Below, piece after piece: positions 18,763-27,864 of a DNA stretch of 64,000 bases. How positions within the stretch are numbered: the first letter of the stretch is position 1; every line of letters begins with the position of its first letter. This DNA is from Planctomycetota bacterium (GTDB lineage: Bacteria > Planctomycetota > UBA1135 > UBA2386), in assembly GCA_046290465.1 (NCBI GenBank), contig JBKAGP010000001.1:1785484-1849483 (forward strand), read 5' to 3'. The notes beneath the pieces were generated by a model that was given only the letters and a program-made list of their open reading frames with translations, did no database searches and was not told the DNA's origin. A program made the position numbers and the translations under genes.

Positions 18763-19626
18763 TCAGCCCCGCGGGTTCTGCAGGCGACGGCGGACCTGTT
18801 CGGCCCAGCGCGAGTTGGGGTCGAACGTCAGGTAGGCGCGCCAGTGCTCGCGGGCACGGTCGAGATCGCCGACCGCAGCCAGCGCCTCGGCCAGGTTGTA
18901 GTGCGCGTCGGCGTAGTGCGGCACCAGCTCGAGCGCCTTCTCGAGCGCCTCGACGGCCCCGTGGCGATCGCCGACCTCGCCGCGCACGATGCCGAGGTTG
19001 TTCCAGGCCTCGGCGTAGTCCGGCGCCCGCGCGATCGCCGCGGCGAACTGGTCGACCGCGTCCTTGCGGCGCTTGCGTTCGTAGTAGCAGTTGCCGAGGT
19101 TGAAGTGGGTCTCGGCGCTGCGCCCGGGCAGCGCGTGCTCGTAGGCGCGCACCGCGTCGTCGAGGCGGCCGGCGGCTTCGGCATCGACGCCGATCGCGAA
19201 CCAGTCCTGCGGGCTGCGCAGCTGCGGCAGAGCGACCTCGCCGTCGGCCTCGGCGGCGACCGCCGCGAAGTCGAACAGCAGCTGGCCGGTCGGCTCCAGC
19301 AGGCGGCCATCGGGCGCCCGCACGGTGACCTTGCGGGTGCCGATGCTGGCCAACAGCCCGGTCAACGCCGCCTCGGGGTCGGGCACGACGGTCTTCGCCA
19401 ACTCCCAGCGGCTCTTGATGCGCGGCGCCGTCCAGCCGGCGCGCCACAGCTCGGCGAGCGTGCGCACGGTGCCGACGGCGCGGAACGCGAAGCGCCGCGC
19501 CGAGCCGCGCATCGGCGCGAGCAGGCCATGTTCGATCCAGCGCTTGAGTACGGTGGCCGGCAGGCCGCAGAGCTCGGCGAGCTCCTCGACGGTGAACGTG
19601 CGCTCCTCGCCGCCGTCGGACCTCAC
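18763..19626 (-). CDS. MerR/excisionase-type HTH protein fused to TPR repeats
   Basis: The GTG start at 19626 overlaps the ligase TGA (GTGA). The N-terminus FTVEELAELCGLPATVLKRWIEHGLL is a MerR-family HTH. The C-terminus has 3-4 TPR units (ETHFNLGNCYYERKRRKDAVDQF, AEAWNNLGIVRGEVGD, ADAHYNLAEALAAVGD). Confidence 0.8.
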   Translation of the reverse strand: MRSDGGEERTFTVEELAELCGLPATVLKRWIEHGLLAPMRGSARRFAFRAVGTVRTLAELWRAGWTAPRIKSRWELAKTVVPDPEAALTGLLASIGTRKVTVRAPDGRLLEPTGQLLFDFAAVAAEADGEVALPQLRSPQDWFAIGVDAEAAGRLDDAVRAYEHALPGRSAETHFNLGNCYYERKRRKDAVDQFAAAIARAPDYAEAWNNLGIVRGEVGDRHGAVEALEKALELVPHYADAHYNLAEALAAVGDLDRAREHWRAYLTFDPNSRWAEQVRRRLQNPRG

Positions 19627-20540
19627 GCCGCCCCCTCCGCAACCAGCCCCTTGAACACCGGCGCGCGCAGGTTGCCGCTGGCGGTGCGCTCGAGGTAGCT
19701 GACGGTGCAGTAGATGCCGGGCTGCACCCACTCGCCGGGGATGCCGGCGTCGATCAGCGGTGCCGCCGCCGGCCGACTGGACAGCAGTTCGCGCAGCTGC
19801 GCGCGCGCCGCCTCGCCGATGCCCGAACCGACCTTGCCGACACAGACCAGTTCGCCGTCGAAGTCGGTCGCGACGATCAGCGACTTGAAGTCGCCGCGGC
19901 GCTCGGCGTCCGGCTCGTAGCCGATGACCAGGCAGTGCACCGACTTGACCGGTTTGATCTTCTGCCACGCGTCGCCGCGTTCGCCAGGCAGGTAGGGCGC
20001 ATCGAGGCGCTTGGCGACGATGCCCTCGAGTTCCTGGGTGCGCGCCGCTTCGAACAGCGACAGCCCCTGGCCGACGACCCCGTCCGAGAGCATCAGCCGC
20101 GGCTGCCCGGCCGCCGCGACCACCGCCTGCAGGCGTTCCCGACGGGTGCGCAGCGGCAGCGCGAGCAGCGACGCACCGGCCTCGAACAGCAGGTCGAAGA
20201 CGACGTAGACGACCGGGTGCCGCGCCATCGCCGACGCCACCCGCGCCGGCGACGCGTTCTCGCGCGACAGGATCGCGCGGAAGTCGGGCCGACCGTCCTC
20301 GCGCAGCACGACCAATTCGCCGTCGAGCACCGTGCCGTCGGCAAGCTCCGCGAGGAACGCCAGCTCCGGGTAGCGCGTCGCCAGGTCGCGCCGGCGCCTG
20401 CCGTGCATGCGCAGGCCGGCCTCGTCGACGTAGCTGACCGCACGCACACCGTCCCACTTGAGCTCGAACAGGTGCTCGTCCGAGTCGAACGGCTCGCCGA
20501 TGCGCGCCAGCATCGGCTCGATGTGTTCGGGCAGCGCCAC
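19623..20540 (-). CDS. ATP-dependent DNA ligase (stand-alone LigD-ligase/LigC type, NTase + OB)
   Basis: All motifs are intact: I FELKWDG, III LDGELVV, IIIa VVFDLL, IV EGIVAKR, V AWQKIK. An OB-fold region follows. The GTG start at 20540 lies 12 nt after the ku stop. Confidence 0.9.
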   Translation of the reverse strand: MALPEHIEPMLARIGEPFDSDEHLFELKWDGVRAVSYVDEAGLRMHGRRRRDLATRYPELAFLAELADGTVLDGELVVLREDGRPDFRAILSRENASPARVASAMARHPVVYVVFDLLFEAGASLLALPLRTRRERLQAVVAAAGQPRLMLSDGVVGQGLSLFEAARTQELEGIVAKRLDAPYLPGERGDAWQKIKPVKSVHCLVIGYEPDAERRGDFKSLIVATDFDGELVCVGKVGSGIGEAARAQLRELLSSRPAAAPLIDAGIPGEWVQPGIYCTVSYLERTASGNLRAPVFKGLVAEGAA

Positions 20541-20552
20541 GGCGAGGTCGCG

Positions 20553-21488
20553 CTACTCGCCCTCGGCCTTGCGCGAACGCTTCTTCTTGCCGCTGCTCGG
20601 AGCCAGCTTCTTGTCGGCGGCCCCATCGGCCGGATCCCCATCGGCCGGATCCACATCGGACGCATCCCCATCGGCCCCGTCGTCGCCCGACGCCTGCTTG
20701 GCCTGCGCCTCGGCGACGCTCTTCTTGAGCGCATCCATCAGGTTGAGGATCTTCGGCTCCTCGTGGTCGGGCGCCTGCACGACCTCCTGGCCGTCGACCT
20801 TCAGCTCGATCAGCTTCTTCAGCTTGCGCACGTACTGGTCGCTGTAGCTATCGAGGTCGAACTCGTCGAGCTTCGACGCGGTGATCAGCGTCTCGGTCAG
20901 CGCGACCTCTTCCGGCTTGAACTCGATCTCCTCGATCTCGTTCTGGTAGTCGTCGATCTTGCGCACCCGCTGCGGGTAGTGCAGGCCGAACATCACCAGC
21001 ATGCGATCGATCGCGCGCACCACCACCAGTTGCTCGCGGCCCGACATCACCACCTGCGCAATCGCGCAGACGCCGTTCTTCTGCATGCCTTCGCGCAGCA
21101 GCGCGTACGGGCGTTCGCCGGCGATGCCGTCCGGCATCAGGTAGTGCGCCTTGCCGGCGTAGTAGCGATTGTCGATCGTGTCCTCGGGCACGAAGCCGTC
21201 GATGCCGACGGCGCGGTCCGACTTGGTGCGCAGCTTGTCGAGGTCGTCGGGCTCGACGACCACGTACTGGTCCTTCTGGTGCTCGTAGCCGCTGACGATC
21301 GAGTCGCTCTTCAGCTCGCCGTGCTCGGGACAGATCTTCTGGTACTTGACGCGCGAGTGGCAGTCCTTGTGCAGCTGGTTCAGCCGCACTTCGCTGCTGG
21401 TGTCGTTGACGGTGAAGGCCTTCACCGGAACGGACACGAGGCTCAGCTTGAGGAAACCCTTCCAGGACGTGCGGGACGGGACAGCCAT
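20553..21488 (-). CDS. ku: Ku (NHEJ DNA end-binding protein)
   Basis: The ATG at 21488 gives MAVPSRTSWKGFLKLSLVSVPVKAF..., the classic bacterial Ku N-terminus. The Ku core is present, followed by an acidic repeat and a basic tail KKLAPSSGKKKRSRK. Confidence 0.95.
   Translation of the reverse strand: MAVPSRTSWKGFLKLSLVSVPVKAFTVNDTSSEVRLNQLHKDCHSRVKYQKICPEHGELKSDSIVSGYEHQKDQYVVVEPDDLDKLRTKSDRAVGIDGFVPEDTIDNRYYAGKAHYLMPDGIAGERPYALLREGMQKNGVCAIAQVVMSGREQLVVVRAIDRMLVMFGLHYPQRVRKIDDYQNEIEEIEFKPEEVALTETLITASKLDEFDLDSYSDQYVRKLKKLIELKVDGQEVVQAPDHEEPKILNLMDALKKSVAEAQAKQASGDDGADGDASDVDPADGDPADGAADKKLAPSSGKKKRSRKAEGE
20621..20680. repeat. 15-bp tandem repeat x4 (imperfect) inside the ku 3' region
   Basis: The units are ccccatcggccggat (20621..20635), ccccatcggccggat, ccacatcggacgcat and ccccatcggccccgt. 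They are in frame and encode the acidic G-D-x-A-D tract DGADGDASDVDPADGDPADG. Confidence 0.85.
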
Positions 21489-21555
21489 AGGGCGCAGGTA
21501 TCGAGGAGCCGCGGGGAAGCGCGCAGGATACCAGCGGCGGCCGGAGCCTGCCCGC

Positions 21556-22260
21556 TCAAAGGTCGAGGAAACGGGCAGCCAGCTTCGGCCCCGCGCAGCT
21601 GTCCTCGTGCTTGAAGAACACGAACGCGTCGCGAACGCCGGTGGCAACGATGCGATCGCGCCACGCCCGTAGTTCGTCGTCACCGTATGCCGAGCGACGC
21701 AGCCGCAGGTAGACCCACGGCGGGCCGGCCGCGAACTCGGGGGCGTCGGCGTCGTCCTTGTCCGACGCCACCACCGTCGCGTTGCGCGCGTGCAGCAGCT
21801 CGAACACCTCGGGCACGTGCCAGCTCTCGTGCACGAACTCGAAGGCGGTGCGCACGCCGTCGGGCTGCTCGGCGAGGAACGCCTTCAGCACGTCGAGGTC
21901 GCAGCGCACGTACTTGGGCAGCTGGTAGAAGACGCAGCCGAGCTTGTCGCCGAGCGGCTGCAGCTGTTCGAACAGGTAGGCGCAGAGTTCGCCGCAGTCG
22001 ACCAGCTTCTGGTTCCAGCTGATGCGGCGCGAGGCCTTGATCGCGAAGCGGAAGTCGTCGGGCACCTGCGCGTTCCAGGACTGCACCATCTTCTCGCTGG
22101 GCATGCGATAGAACGTGTTGTTCAGCTCGCACGACTTCAGCCGCTCGGCATAGAAGGACAGCATGTCGGCCTTCTTGAGGTCGTCCGGATAGAAGTCGGG
22201 CCGCCACTCGTCGTAGCTGAAGCCGCTGGTGCCGACGTGGATCGCGGGCTCGTTCGCCAT
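21556..22260 (-). CDS. DUF72 (YecE-like) family protein
   Basis: HVGTSGFSYDEWRPDFYP at the N-terminus is the DUF72 signature. The length (234 aa) is typical. Confidence 0.9.
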   Translation of the reverse strand: MANEPAIHVGTSGFSYDEWRPDFYPDDLKKADMLSFYAERLKSCELNNTFYRMPSEKMVQSWNAQVPDDFRFAIKASRRISWNQKLVDCGELCAYLFEQLQPLGDKLGCVFYQLPKYVRCDLDVLKAFLAEQPDGVRTAFEFVHESWHVPEVFELLHARNATVVASDKDDADAPEFAAGPPWVYLRLRRSAYGDDELRAWRDRIVATGVRDAFVFFKHEDSCAGPKLAARFLDL

Positions 22261-22331
22261 CCGGGGAGCTTACGGCAGCGACCCGCGGTTTCCGGCCCCG
22301 ACTGTGAGGTGGCCGTCGCTATCGTGGCGCG

Positions 22332-23123
22332 ATGCGCCAAACCCTCAGGCCCGTCCCCGTCCTCGGAATGCTGCTGCCCTGTGTGCTGCTGCTGCTCGCC
22401 TCCTGCTCGGTTCCCGATCACGACCGCGCCGATCATGAGCCGGTCGGGCACGACATCGCGATCGTGCCGACCGGCACGACCGTGCTGTTCCAGGGCGACT
22501 CGATCACCGACGCGGGCCGGGAGCGCAAGCCGCAGCACGCCGACACCGCCAACGGCGCGCGCGGCCTCGGCCGCGGCTACGCCTCGCTGGCCGCCGGCGG
22601 CCTGATGGTGCAGATGGCGCCGCACGACGTGCGCTGCTTCAACCGCGGCGTCAGCGGCAACAAGGTCTTCCAGCTGGCCGAGCGCTGGCAACGCGACTGC
22701 CTCGACCTGCAGCCCGACGTGCTGAGCATCCTGATCGGCGTCAACGACATCTGGCACACGCGTGACGGCAAGTACGACGGCACCGCCGCGGTCTACGAAC
22801 GCGACTACGACGCGCTGCTGCAGCGAACCCGCGACGCGCTGCCCGACGTCACCCTGATCGTCTGCGAACCGTTCGTGCTGCCGTGCGGTGCGGTCGACGC
22901 ATCGTGGTTCCCCGAGTTCGACGAGTACCGCGCCGCCGCCCGCCGCGTCGCCGACAAGCACGGCGCGACGTTCGTGCCGTTCCACTCGATGTTCGAAGCG
23001 GCGATGCAGCACCACCCGGCCGAGCATTGGGCCAAGGACGGCGTGCATCCGACGCGCGCGGGCGCGGCGCTGATGGCCAAGGCCTGGCTGCGCACGCTGC
23101 ACGGCGACCGCGAGCACGAATAG
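22332..23123 (+). CDS. SGNH/GDSL hydrolase lipoprotein
   Basis: The lipobox is LLLLASC. The SGNH blocks are FQGDSITDAG, NRGVSGN, IGVND and DGVHPT. Confidence 0.85.
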   Translation: MRQTLRPVPVLGMLLPCVLLLLASCSVPDHDRADHEPVGHDIAIVPTGTTVLFQGDSITDAGRERKPQHADTANGARGLGRGYASLAAGGLMVQMAPHDVRCFNRGVSGNKVFQLAERWQRDCLDLQPDVLSILIGVNDIWHTRDGKYDGTAAVYERDYDALLQRTRDALPDVTLIVCEPFVLPCGAVDASWFPEFDEYRAAARRVADKHGATFVPFHSMFEAAMQHHPAEHWAKDGVHPTRAGAALMAKAWLRTLHGDREHE

Positions 23124-23129
23124 CCCGCC

Positions 23130-23190
23130 GCCGAATCCGCCGATTGCACGCCGATTGGGCTATTTGCGGATTTCGGCGTGTTTTGTTTTG
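23130..23190 (+). terminator. Putative intrinsic terminator after the SGNH lipoprotein gene
   Basis: The stem GCCGAATCCGC (23130..23140) / GCGGATTTCGGC (23166..23177) forms 11 bp with one bulge and a 25-nt loop containing a cgccgattg direct repeat. It is followed by GTGTTTTGTTTTG (23178..23190). Confidence 0.45.
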
Positions 23191-23436
23191 GGGCGCGCGC
23201 ACGACAGGATGCGCGCGCGACCGGCCACTCTTGCCGGCGCGAAGAAGGAGCCGGCTGGCGCCGTCCCTGCCCGCGCACGCATTCGAATATCGGCTCGAAG
23301 ATCAGGCGCCGTCTATAGGACGCGCAGACCTGCAGCGGCACACTACCGACCGCCAGAGCCGAATAGCGCGCTGCCAGATCGTATGCGCGTGCGGCCCCCT
23401 CAACCGTCCCGTCGTCGCAGGGACACCCGCCCAGCA

Positions 23437-23988
23437 ATGGAAACCGTCTACTTCTACTGTGCCGCCATCGGCGGCGGTCTGCTGCTGCTGCTCGTCCTGA
23501 TGATGCTGCTGTCCGGCGGCGACGCGGAGTTCGAAGCAGACGCGTCGCCCGACCTCGACGGCGACGCACCTGATGCGTCGAGCACGCTGTTCCAGATCTC
23601 GCTGAAGACCGTCGTGGCGTTCGTCACGTTCTTCGGCATCGCCGGTATGGCGAGCTCGCGAGCCGACCTCGCGTCGACGCCGACGCTGGTCATCGCGCTC
23701 ACCGCCGGCTTCGCTGCGTTCCTGATGGTCGGCTACGTCATGCAGGTTCTGCACGGTCTGCAGTCCAAGGGCAACGTCGACCTCAAGCAGGCGATCGGCC
23801 ACACGGCCAAGGTCGAGCTTCGCATCCCCGCCACGCAGGCCGGCACCGGCAAGGTGCAGGTCATCGTCGGCGGCCGCATGGTCTCGCGCAAAGCCGTCAC
23901 GCACGGCGAGGCCATCCCCACCGGCGCCGAGGTCCGCATCGACGCGATGCACGCGCCGGACACGTACCAGGTCACCCCCCTCAACTAA
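23437..23988 (+). CDS. NfeD/YqiJ-like membrane protein (flotillin partner)
   Basis: The ATG at 23437 gives METVYFYCAAIGGGLLLLLVLMMLL. There are 3-4 TM segments followed by a C-terminal soluble beta domain (GKVQVIVGGRMVSRKAV...GAEVRIDA). It sits directly upstream of flotillin, the conserved pairing. Confidence 0.7.
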   Translation: METVYFYCAAIGGGLLLLLVLMMLLSGGDAEFEADASPDLDGDAPDASSTLFQISLKTVVAFVTFFGIAGMASSRADLASTPTLVIALTAGFAAFLMVGYVMQVLHGLQSKGNVDLKQAIGHTAKVELRIPATQAGTGKVQVIVGGRMVSRKAVTHGEAIPTGAEVRIDAMHAPDTYQVTPLN

Positions 23989-23996
23989 GGAGAGAA

Positions 23997-25718
23997 ATGC
24001 TACTTCAAGGTGGATTCGACAGCCTAGGCGGCTGGACCGGGATCGGCATCGCAGCCGTCATCCTGTTCGGCCTGATCTTCTTCCTGATGCTCGCCAAGCA
24101 GTACAAGCGCTGCCCGAGCAACAAGATCCTCGTCATCTACGGCCGGGTGAAGTCCGGCACCTCGTCGCGCTGTCTGCACGGCGGTGGCGCGTTCGTCGTG
24201 CCGCTGATCCAGAGCTACGACTACCTCAACCTCGACCCGATCCAGATCGAGGTTCCGCTGCGCGGCGCGCTCTCCATCGAGAACATCCGCGTCAACGTGC
24301 CCAGCGTGTTCACGGTCGCCATCGGCACCGACGATCACGTGATGCAGAATGCCGCCGTGCGTCTGCTCGGGCTGTCGACCAAGGACATCATGAAGCAGGC
24401 CGAGGACATCATCTTCGGCCAGCTGCGTCAGGTGATCGCGTCGATGGGCATCGAGGACATCAACCGCGACCGCGACAAGTTCCTCGAGAACATCCAGACC
24501 TCGCTCGAGGGCGAGCTGATGAAGATCGGCCTGGTGCTGATCAACGTCAACATCACCGACATCACCGACGAGTCCGGCTACATCGAGGCGATCGGCCGCA
24601 AGGCCGCGTCCGAGGCGGTGCAGCAGGCCGAGATCGACGTCGCCGAGCAGCAGAAGAAGGGCTCCATCGGCGTCGCCGAGGCGCGCCGCGTCCAGTCCGT
24701 CCAGGTGGCGATCGCCGAGAAGGACCGCGACATCGGCACCAAGCAGGCCGAACGGGACCGCGAGGTCACGGTCGCCGGCCTGCAGCGCGACACGATCATC
24801 GGCCAGCAGACCGCGTCGTTCGAGCAGGAGGCGCAGGTCAAGGACCGCGAACGGGAGATGCGGATCGCGGTCGCGTCGGCCAACGCGCGGGCGGTGTCCG
24901 GCGAGAACGAGGCGAAGGCCGAGATCGCCGACGCCAACGCCAAGCTGCTGGTCAAGGAGGCCGAGGCCTTCCAGACCGGTGAGACGCGCAAGCGCGAGGC
25001 CGACGCGGCCGTTCGTGAGGCCCAGTACCAGGCCGAAGCGCGCGCGGCGCAGGCGCTGGCCAGCAAGCTCGAGCAGGAGAAGCGAGCCGAACTCGAGGCG
25101 GTGGCCAAGGCCGAGAAGGCCAAGGACATCGTCGACGCCGAGGCGCGGGCCCAGCAGGCGAGGATCATCGCCGAGGGTGAAGCGGCGGCCGAGTTCGCGC
25201 GGCTCGAGGCGCAGGCCCGCGGTGAGTTCGAGATCCTGGCCAAGAAGGCCGAAGGTCTCGAGCGCATCGTGCAGGGCTGTGGCGGCGCCCAGCAGGCGTT
25301 CCAGCTGCTGATGCTGGAGCACATGGAGACGCTGTCGGAGACCGCGGCCAAGGCGATCGCGAACATCAAGTTCGACAAGGTCGTCGTCTGGGACAGCGAC
25401 CAGGGCAAGGCGACGTCGGGCTTCCTGCAGAACCTGACCAAGTCGCTGCCGCCGATGCTGACGATGATGAAGGACGTCGGCGGCATCCAGATGCCGGAGT
25501 TCTTCGGCAAGATCCTCGGCGACGAGGAGCAGCCCGACGACGGCGAGGCGGCGGCCGCCGCCGCGACCGACGGCGCCAAGGACGCCGAGGTCACGGCCAG
25601 CAAGGAGAAGCCGGCGCAGAAGCGCGACCCGAAGAAGCAGGGCTCGCCCCAGCGGGACGGGGACAAGCGGAGCCCCGACAAGCGAGGCGCCGACGAGCGC
25701 GGCGACGATCCGAGCTGA
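23997..25718 (+). CDS. Flotillin-family SPFH/band-7 protein (FloT/YqiK-like)
   Basis: The protein has an N-terminal TM segment, an SPFH core (VVPLIQSYDYLNLDPIQIEV...FTVAIG) and a long Glu/Ala-rich coiled coil. An AAGGAG RBS overlaps the upstream stop. The tail is basic/acidic. Confidence 0.95.
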   Translation: MLLQGGFDSLGGWTGIGIAAVILFGLIFFLMLAKQYKRCPSNKILVIYGRVKSGTSSRCLHGGGAFVVPLIQSYDYLNLDPIQIEVPLRGALSIENIRVNVPSVFTVAIGTDDHVMQNAAVRLLGLSTKDIMKQAEDIIFGQLRQVIASMGIEDINRDRDKFLENIQTSLEGELMKIGLVLINVNITDITDESGYIEAIGRKAASEAVQQAEIDVAEQQKKGSIGVAEARRVQSVQVAIAEKDRDIGTKQAERDREVTVAGLQRDTIIGQQTASFEQEAQVKDREREMRIAVASANARAVSGENEAKAEIADANAKLLVKEAEAFQTGETRKREADAAVREAQYQAEARAAQALASKLEQEKRAELEAVAKAEKAKDIVDAEARAQQARIIAEGEAAAEFARLEAQARGEFEILAKKAEGLERIVQGCGGAQQAFQLLMLEHMETLSETAAKAIANIKFDKVVVWDSDQGKATSGFLQNLTKSLPPMLTMMKDVGGIQMPEFFGKILGDEEQPDDGEAAAAAATDGAKDAEVTASKEKPAQKRDPKKQGSPQRDGDKRSPDKRGADERGDDPS

Positions 25719-25975
25719 TCGGCGCCGCCCGGCGCAGCCGCCATTTTCTGTCGCTCCGCTGCAACCCGACCACCACGTCGGGCGTAGTGGACAGCGAGAA
25801 GGCTGCGCCGGATCAACCTCCTACCTTCTCTGAACCGAAGACCGCGCGCAGCCTTCTCCGTCTTTGTACGGCTTCTCCATCTTTGTACGGAGAGTTCGGC
25901 GACTCCTGGGTTGCCTCGACGCGCGCGGCCCCGCAATGTTTCGTTACCCTCGGAACAAGGAGTCCCACCAGAACT

Positions 25976-26302
25976 ATGAGCTCTCAAGACAGCAAGCGCG
26001 TCCTCGCCGGTGTCCTCGGTATCCTGATCGGCGGCCTCGGCATCCATCGCTTCATCCTCGACGACGCCAAGGGAGGCCTGCTGCGCATCCTGATCACGTT
26101 CGTCACCTGCGGCGCCGGCAGCCTGATCGGCCTCGCCGAAGGCATCATCTACCTGACCAAGTCGGACGAAGAGTTCATCCAGACCTACCAGGTCGAGAAG
26201 AAGGCCTGGTTCTCGGGCCCGACGGAATGCCCGGCAGCTCGTGCTGCTGGCGCCCCGACCCGAACCTGCGACGGCCCCCGATGGCGGGCGTTACGTCCCT
26301 GA
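25976..26302 (+). CDS. TM2-domain small membrane protein
   Basis: The ATG at 25976 is preceded by AAGGAG (25957..25962). The sequence VLAGVLGILIGGLGIHRFILDD..GLLRILITFVTCGAGSLIGLAEGIIYL matches the TM2 two-helix pattern. Confidence 0.7.
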   Translation: MSSQDSKRVLAGVLGILIGGLGIHRFILDDAKGGLLRILITFVTCGAGSLIGLAEGIIYLTKSDEEFIQTYQVEKKAWFSGPTECPAARAAGAPTRTCDGPRWRALRP

Positions 26303-26312
26303 TACCCAACGG

Positions 26313-26346
26313 CCGCCTGGCGCCCTGCGCCGGCGGCTAGTTTCTT
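26313..26346 (+). terminator. Putative intrinsic terminator/attenuator after the TM2 gene
   Basis: The stem CCGCCTGGCGC (26313..26323) / GCGCCGGCGG (26327..26336) has a 3-nt loop and one bulged T. It is followed by CTAGTTTCTT (26337..26346). Confidence 0.5.
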
Positions 26347-26372
26347 AGGTGCCCCAAGGAGCCTGCGCTCCC

Positions 26373-27815
26373 ATGCACCTCGACCGAACCCTCCTCAGCC
26401 TGACGTTCGCCGGCCTGCTCGCCGGCCTCGCCCCCGGCCTCGTCGGCCAGGAACTCGCCTGGAAGCGATCGCTCGACGAGGCCCTGCAGACGGCGGCCGA
26501 CCAGCAGCAGGTGTTGCTGGTCGCGATCCTGGTGCCGGGCGAACGCGACAGCGAAGCCCTGATCGACACCTACCGCGACGGCAGCGTTCGCAAGCTCACC
26601 AAGAACTGCGTCTGCCTGCGCATCGACATCGACAGTGAACGCGGCGACGAGGACCGCCTGTCGGTGCTCGAACGGTTCCTCGGAGCGGCGCCGCGCGAGC
26701 CCTACGTCGCTCCCCACCACGTCGTCGTGCACCCGGACGGCAAGACCGTGCTGGGTTCGGCCGCCCACCGCATGACCGCCGGCCAGCTCGAGTGGTTCGT
26801 CGCCGACGGCATCCGACGCTTCGACGGTTCGTTCTCCTGGCCGCGCAGCGACCGCATGCGCGCCCCCGAGAGCCTGCGCTACGACGAGCGCGAAACGACC
26901 GAACAGGAGCTGCGCATCCCTCCCACCAGAAAGGAGGTCAAGGCGGCGATCGAAGGGCTCAAGAAGGGCGGCGCGGGCTGGCAGGGTGCGATCCAGCACT
27001 ACACGACGCTGCTCGCGAGCGACGAGAAGTCGGCCGTCAAGTACGTCGACACCCAGCTCAGCGGCGGCCGCGGCATGATCACCGGAATGGCGCTGACGAC
27101 GATCAGCCGCATGTCGCCGGTCGAATACGCACCGATCCTCGAGGACTTCGTCGACTACCGGCGCGCCAACCGCCGACGCGAAGCCGCCAAGGGCCTGTGG
27201 CGCATGGCGCACGCCAAGAGCCGGAAGGTGATCATGAAGCAGCTCAAGCGCGAGAAGGACGACCAGGCGCTGGCATGGCTGCTGCGCGCTGCCGTCGCGA
27301 CCGCGCCCGACGACAAGGCGACGATCGCGGCGCTCGAGAAGGCGCTCTACAAGTCGGACAACGCGTTCGTGCGCATGCACGCGGTGGTCGGCGCCGGCGC
27401 CGTCGAAGTGCGGGAGCACGCGCTGCGCCTGATGCGCAAGGGCCTCAACGACGCCGACCCGGACGTGCGTTCGGCCGCGGCGTTCGCGATGGCGGCGCGT
27501 CGGGACCAGGAGCTGCTGGGTGCGCTCGAACCGTCGATCCGCGGCGAGCCCGACGCCGAGGCGAAGCGCTGGATGGAGCTGGCCATGAACGTGCTGTCCA
27601 ACCGCCTCGACCTCGCCGGCTTTGACACCCTGCGCCGCAAGGTGCTCAAGGAGGTCGACACCCCTCGCGATCGCAACCGCGGCCGTGGCAGGCAAGGCGA
27701 CGACCAGGACGGCGGCGACCAGAACGGTGGCGGCAAGAACGGTGGCGGCAAGAACGGTGGCGGCAAGGACCGCGGCGGCAACGACCGCGGCAGCAGGACC
27801 GAAGGCCGCAGGTAG
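26373..27815 (+). CDS. Secreted thioredoxin-like (no CxxC) + HEAT-repeat protein with Gly/Lys/Asn-rich tail
   Basis: The ATG at 26373 lies 11 nt after AAGGAG (26356..26361) and gives the signal MHLDRTLLSLTFAGLLAGLAPGLVGQ. The Trx-like segment WKRSLDEALQTAADQQQVLLVAILVPGERDSE lacks the cysteines. HEAT-like units (DPDVRSAAAFAMA) follow. Confidence 0.7.
   Translation: MHLDRTLLSLTFAGLLAGLAPGLVGQELAWKRSLDEALQTAADQQQVLLVAILVPGERDSEALIDTYRDGSVRKLTKNCVCLRIDIDSERGDEDRLSVLERFLGAAPREPYVAPHHVVVHPDGKTVLGSAAHRMTAGQLEWFVADGIRRFDGSFSWPRSDRMRAPESLRYDERETTEQELRIPPTRKEVKAAIEGLKKGGAGWQGAIQHYTTLLASDEKSAVKYVDTQLSGGRGMITGMALTTISRMSPVEYAPILEDFVDYRRANRRREAAKGLWRMAHAKSRKVIMKQLKREKDDQALAWLLRAAVATAPDDKATIAALEKALYKSDNAFVRMHAVVGAGAVEVREHALRLMRKGLNDADPDVRSAAAFAMAARRDQELLGALEPSIRGEPDAEAKRWMELAMNVLSNRLDLAGFDTLRRKVLKEVDTPRDRNRGRGRQGDDQDGGDQNGGGKNGGGKNGGGKDRGGNDRGSRTEGRR
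27722..27766. repeat. 15-bp perfect tandem repeat x3
   Basis: The unit gaacggtggcggcaa is repeated three times and encodes GGGKNGGGKNGGGK in the tail of the Trx/HEAT protein. Confidence 0.9.
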
Positions 27816-27864
27816 CGCACGTCGGTGACGCTGCCGGCGCGACGGCCTGGATCCGTCGCCCGGC

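Noticed and set aside
25719-25760. A possible terminator after flotillin (GCGCC-GCCC-GGCGC followed by CATTTTCTG).
   Set aside because: The stem is only 5 bp, and the T-run lies 9 nt away from it. That is too weak to call.
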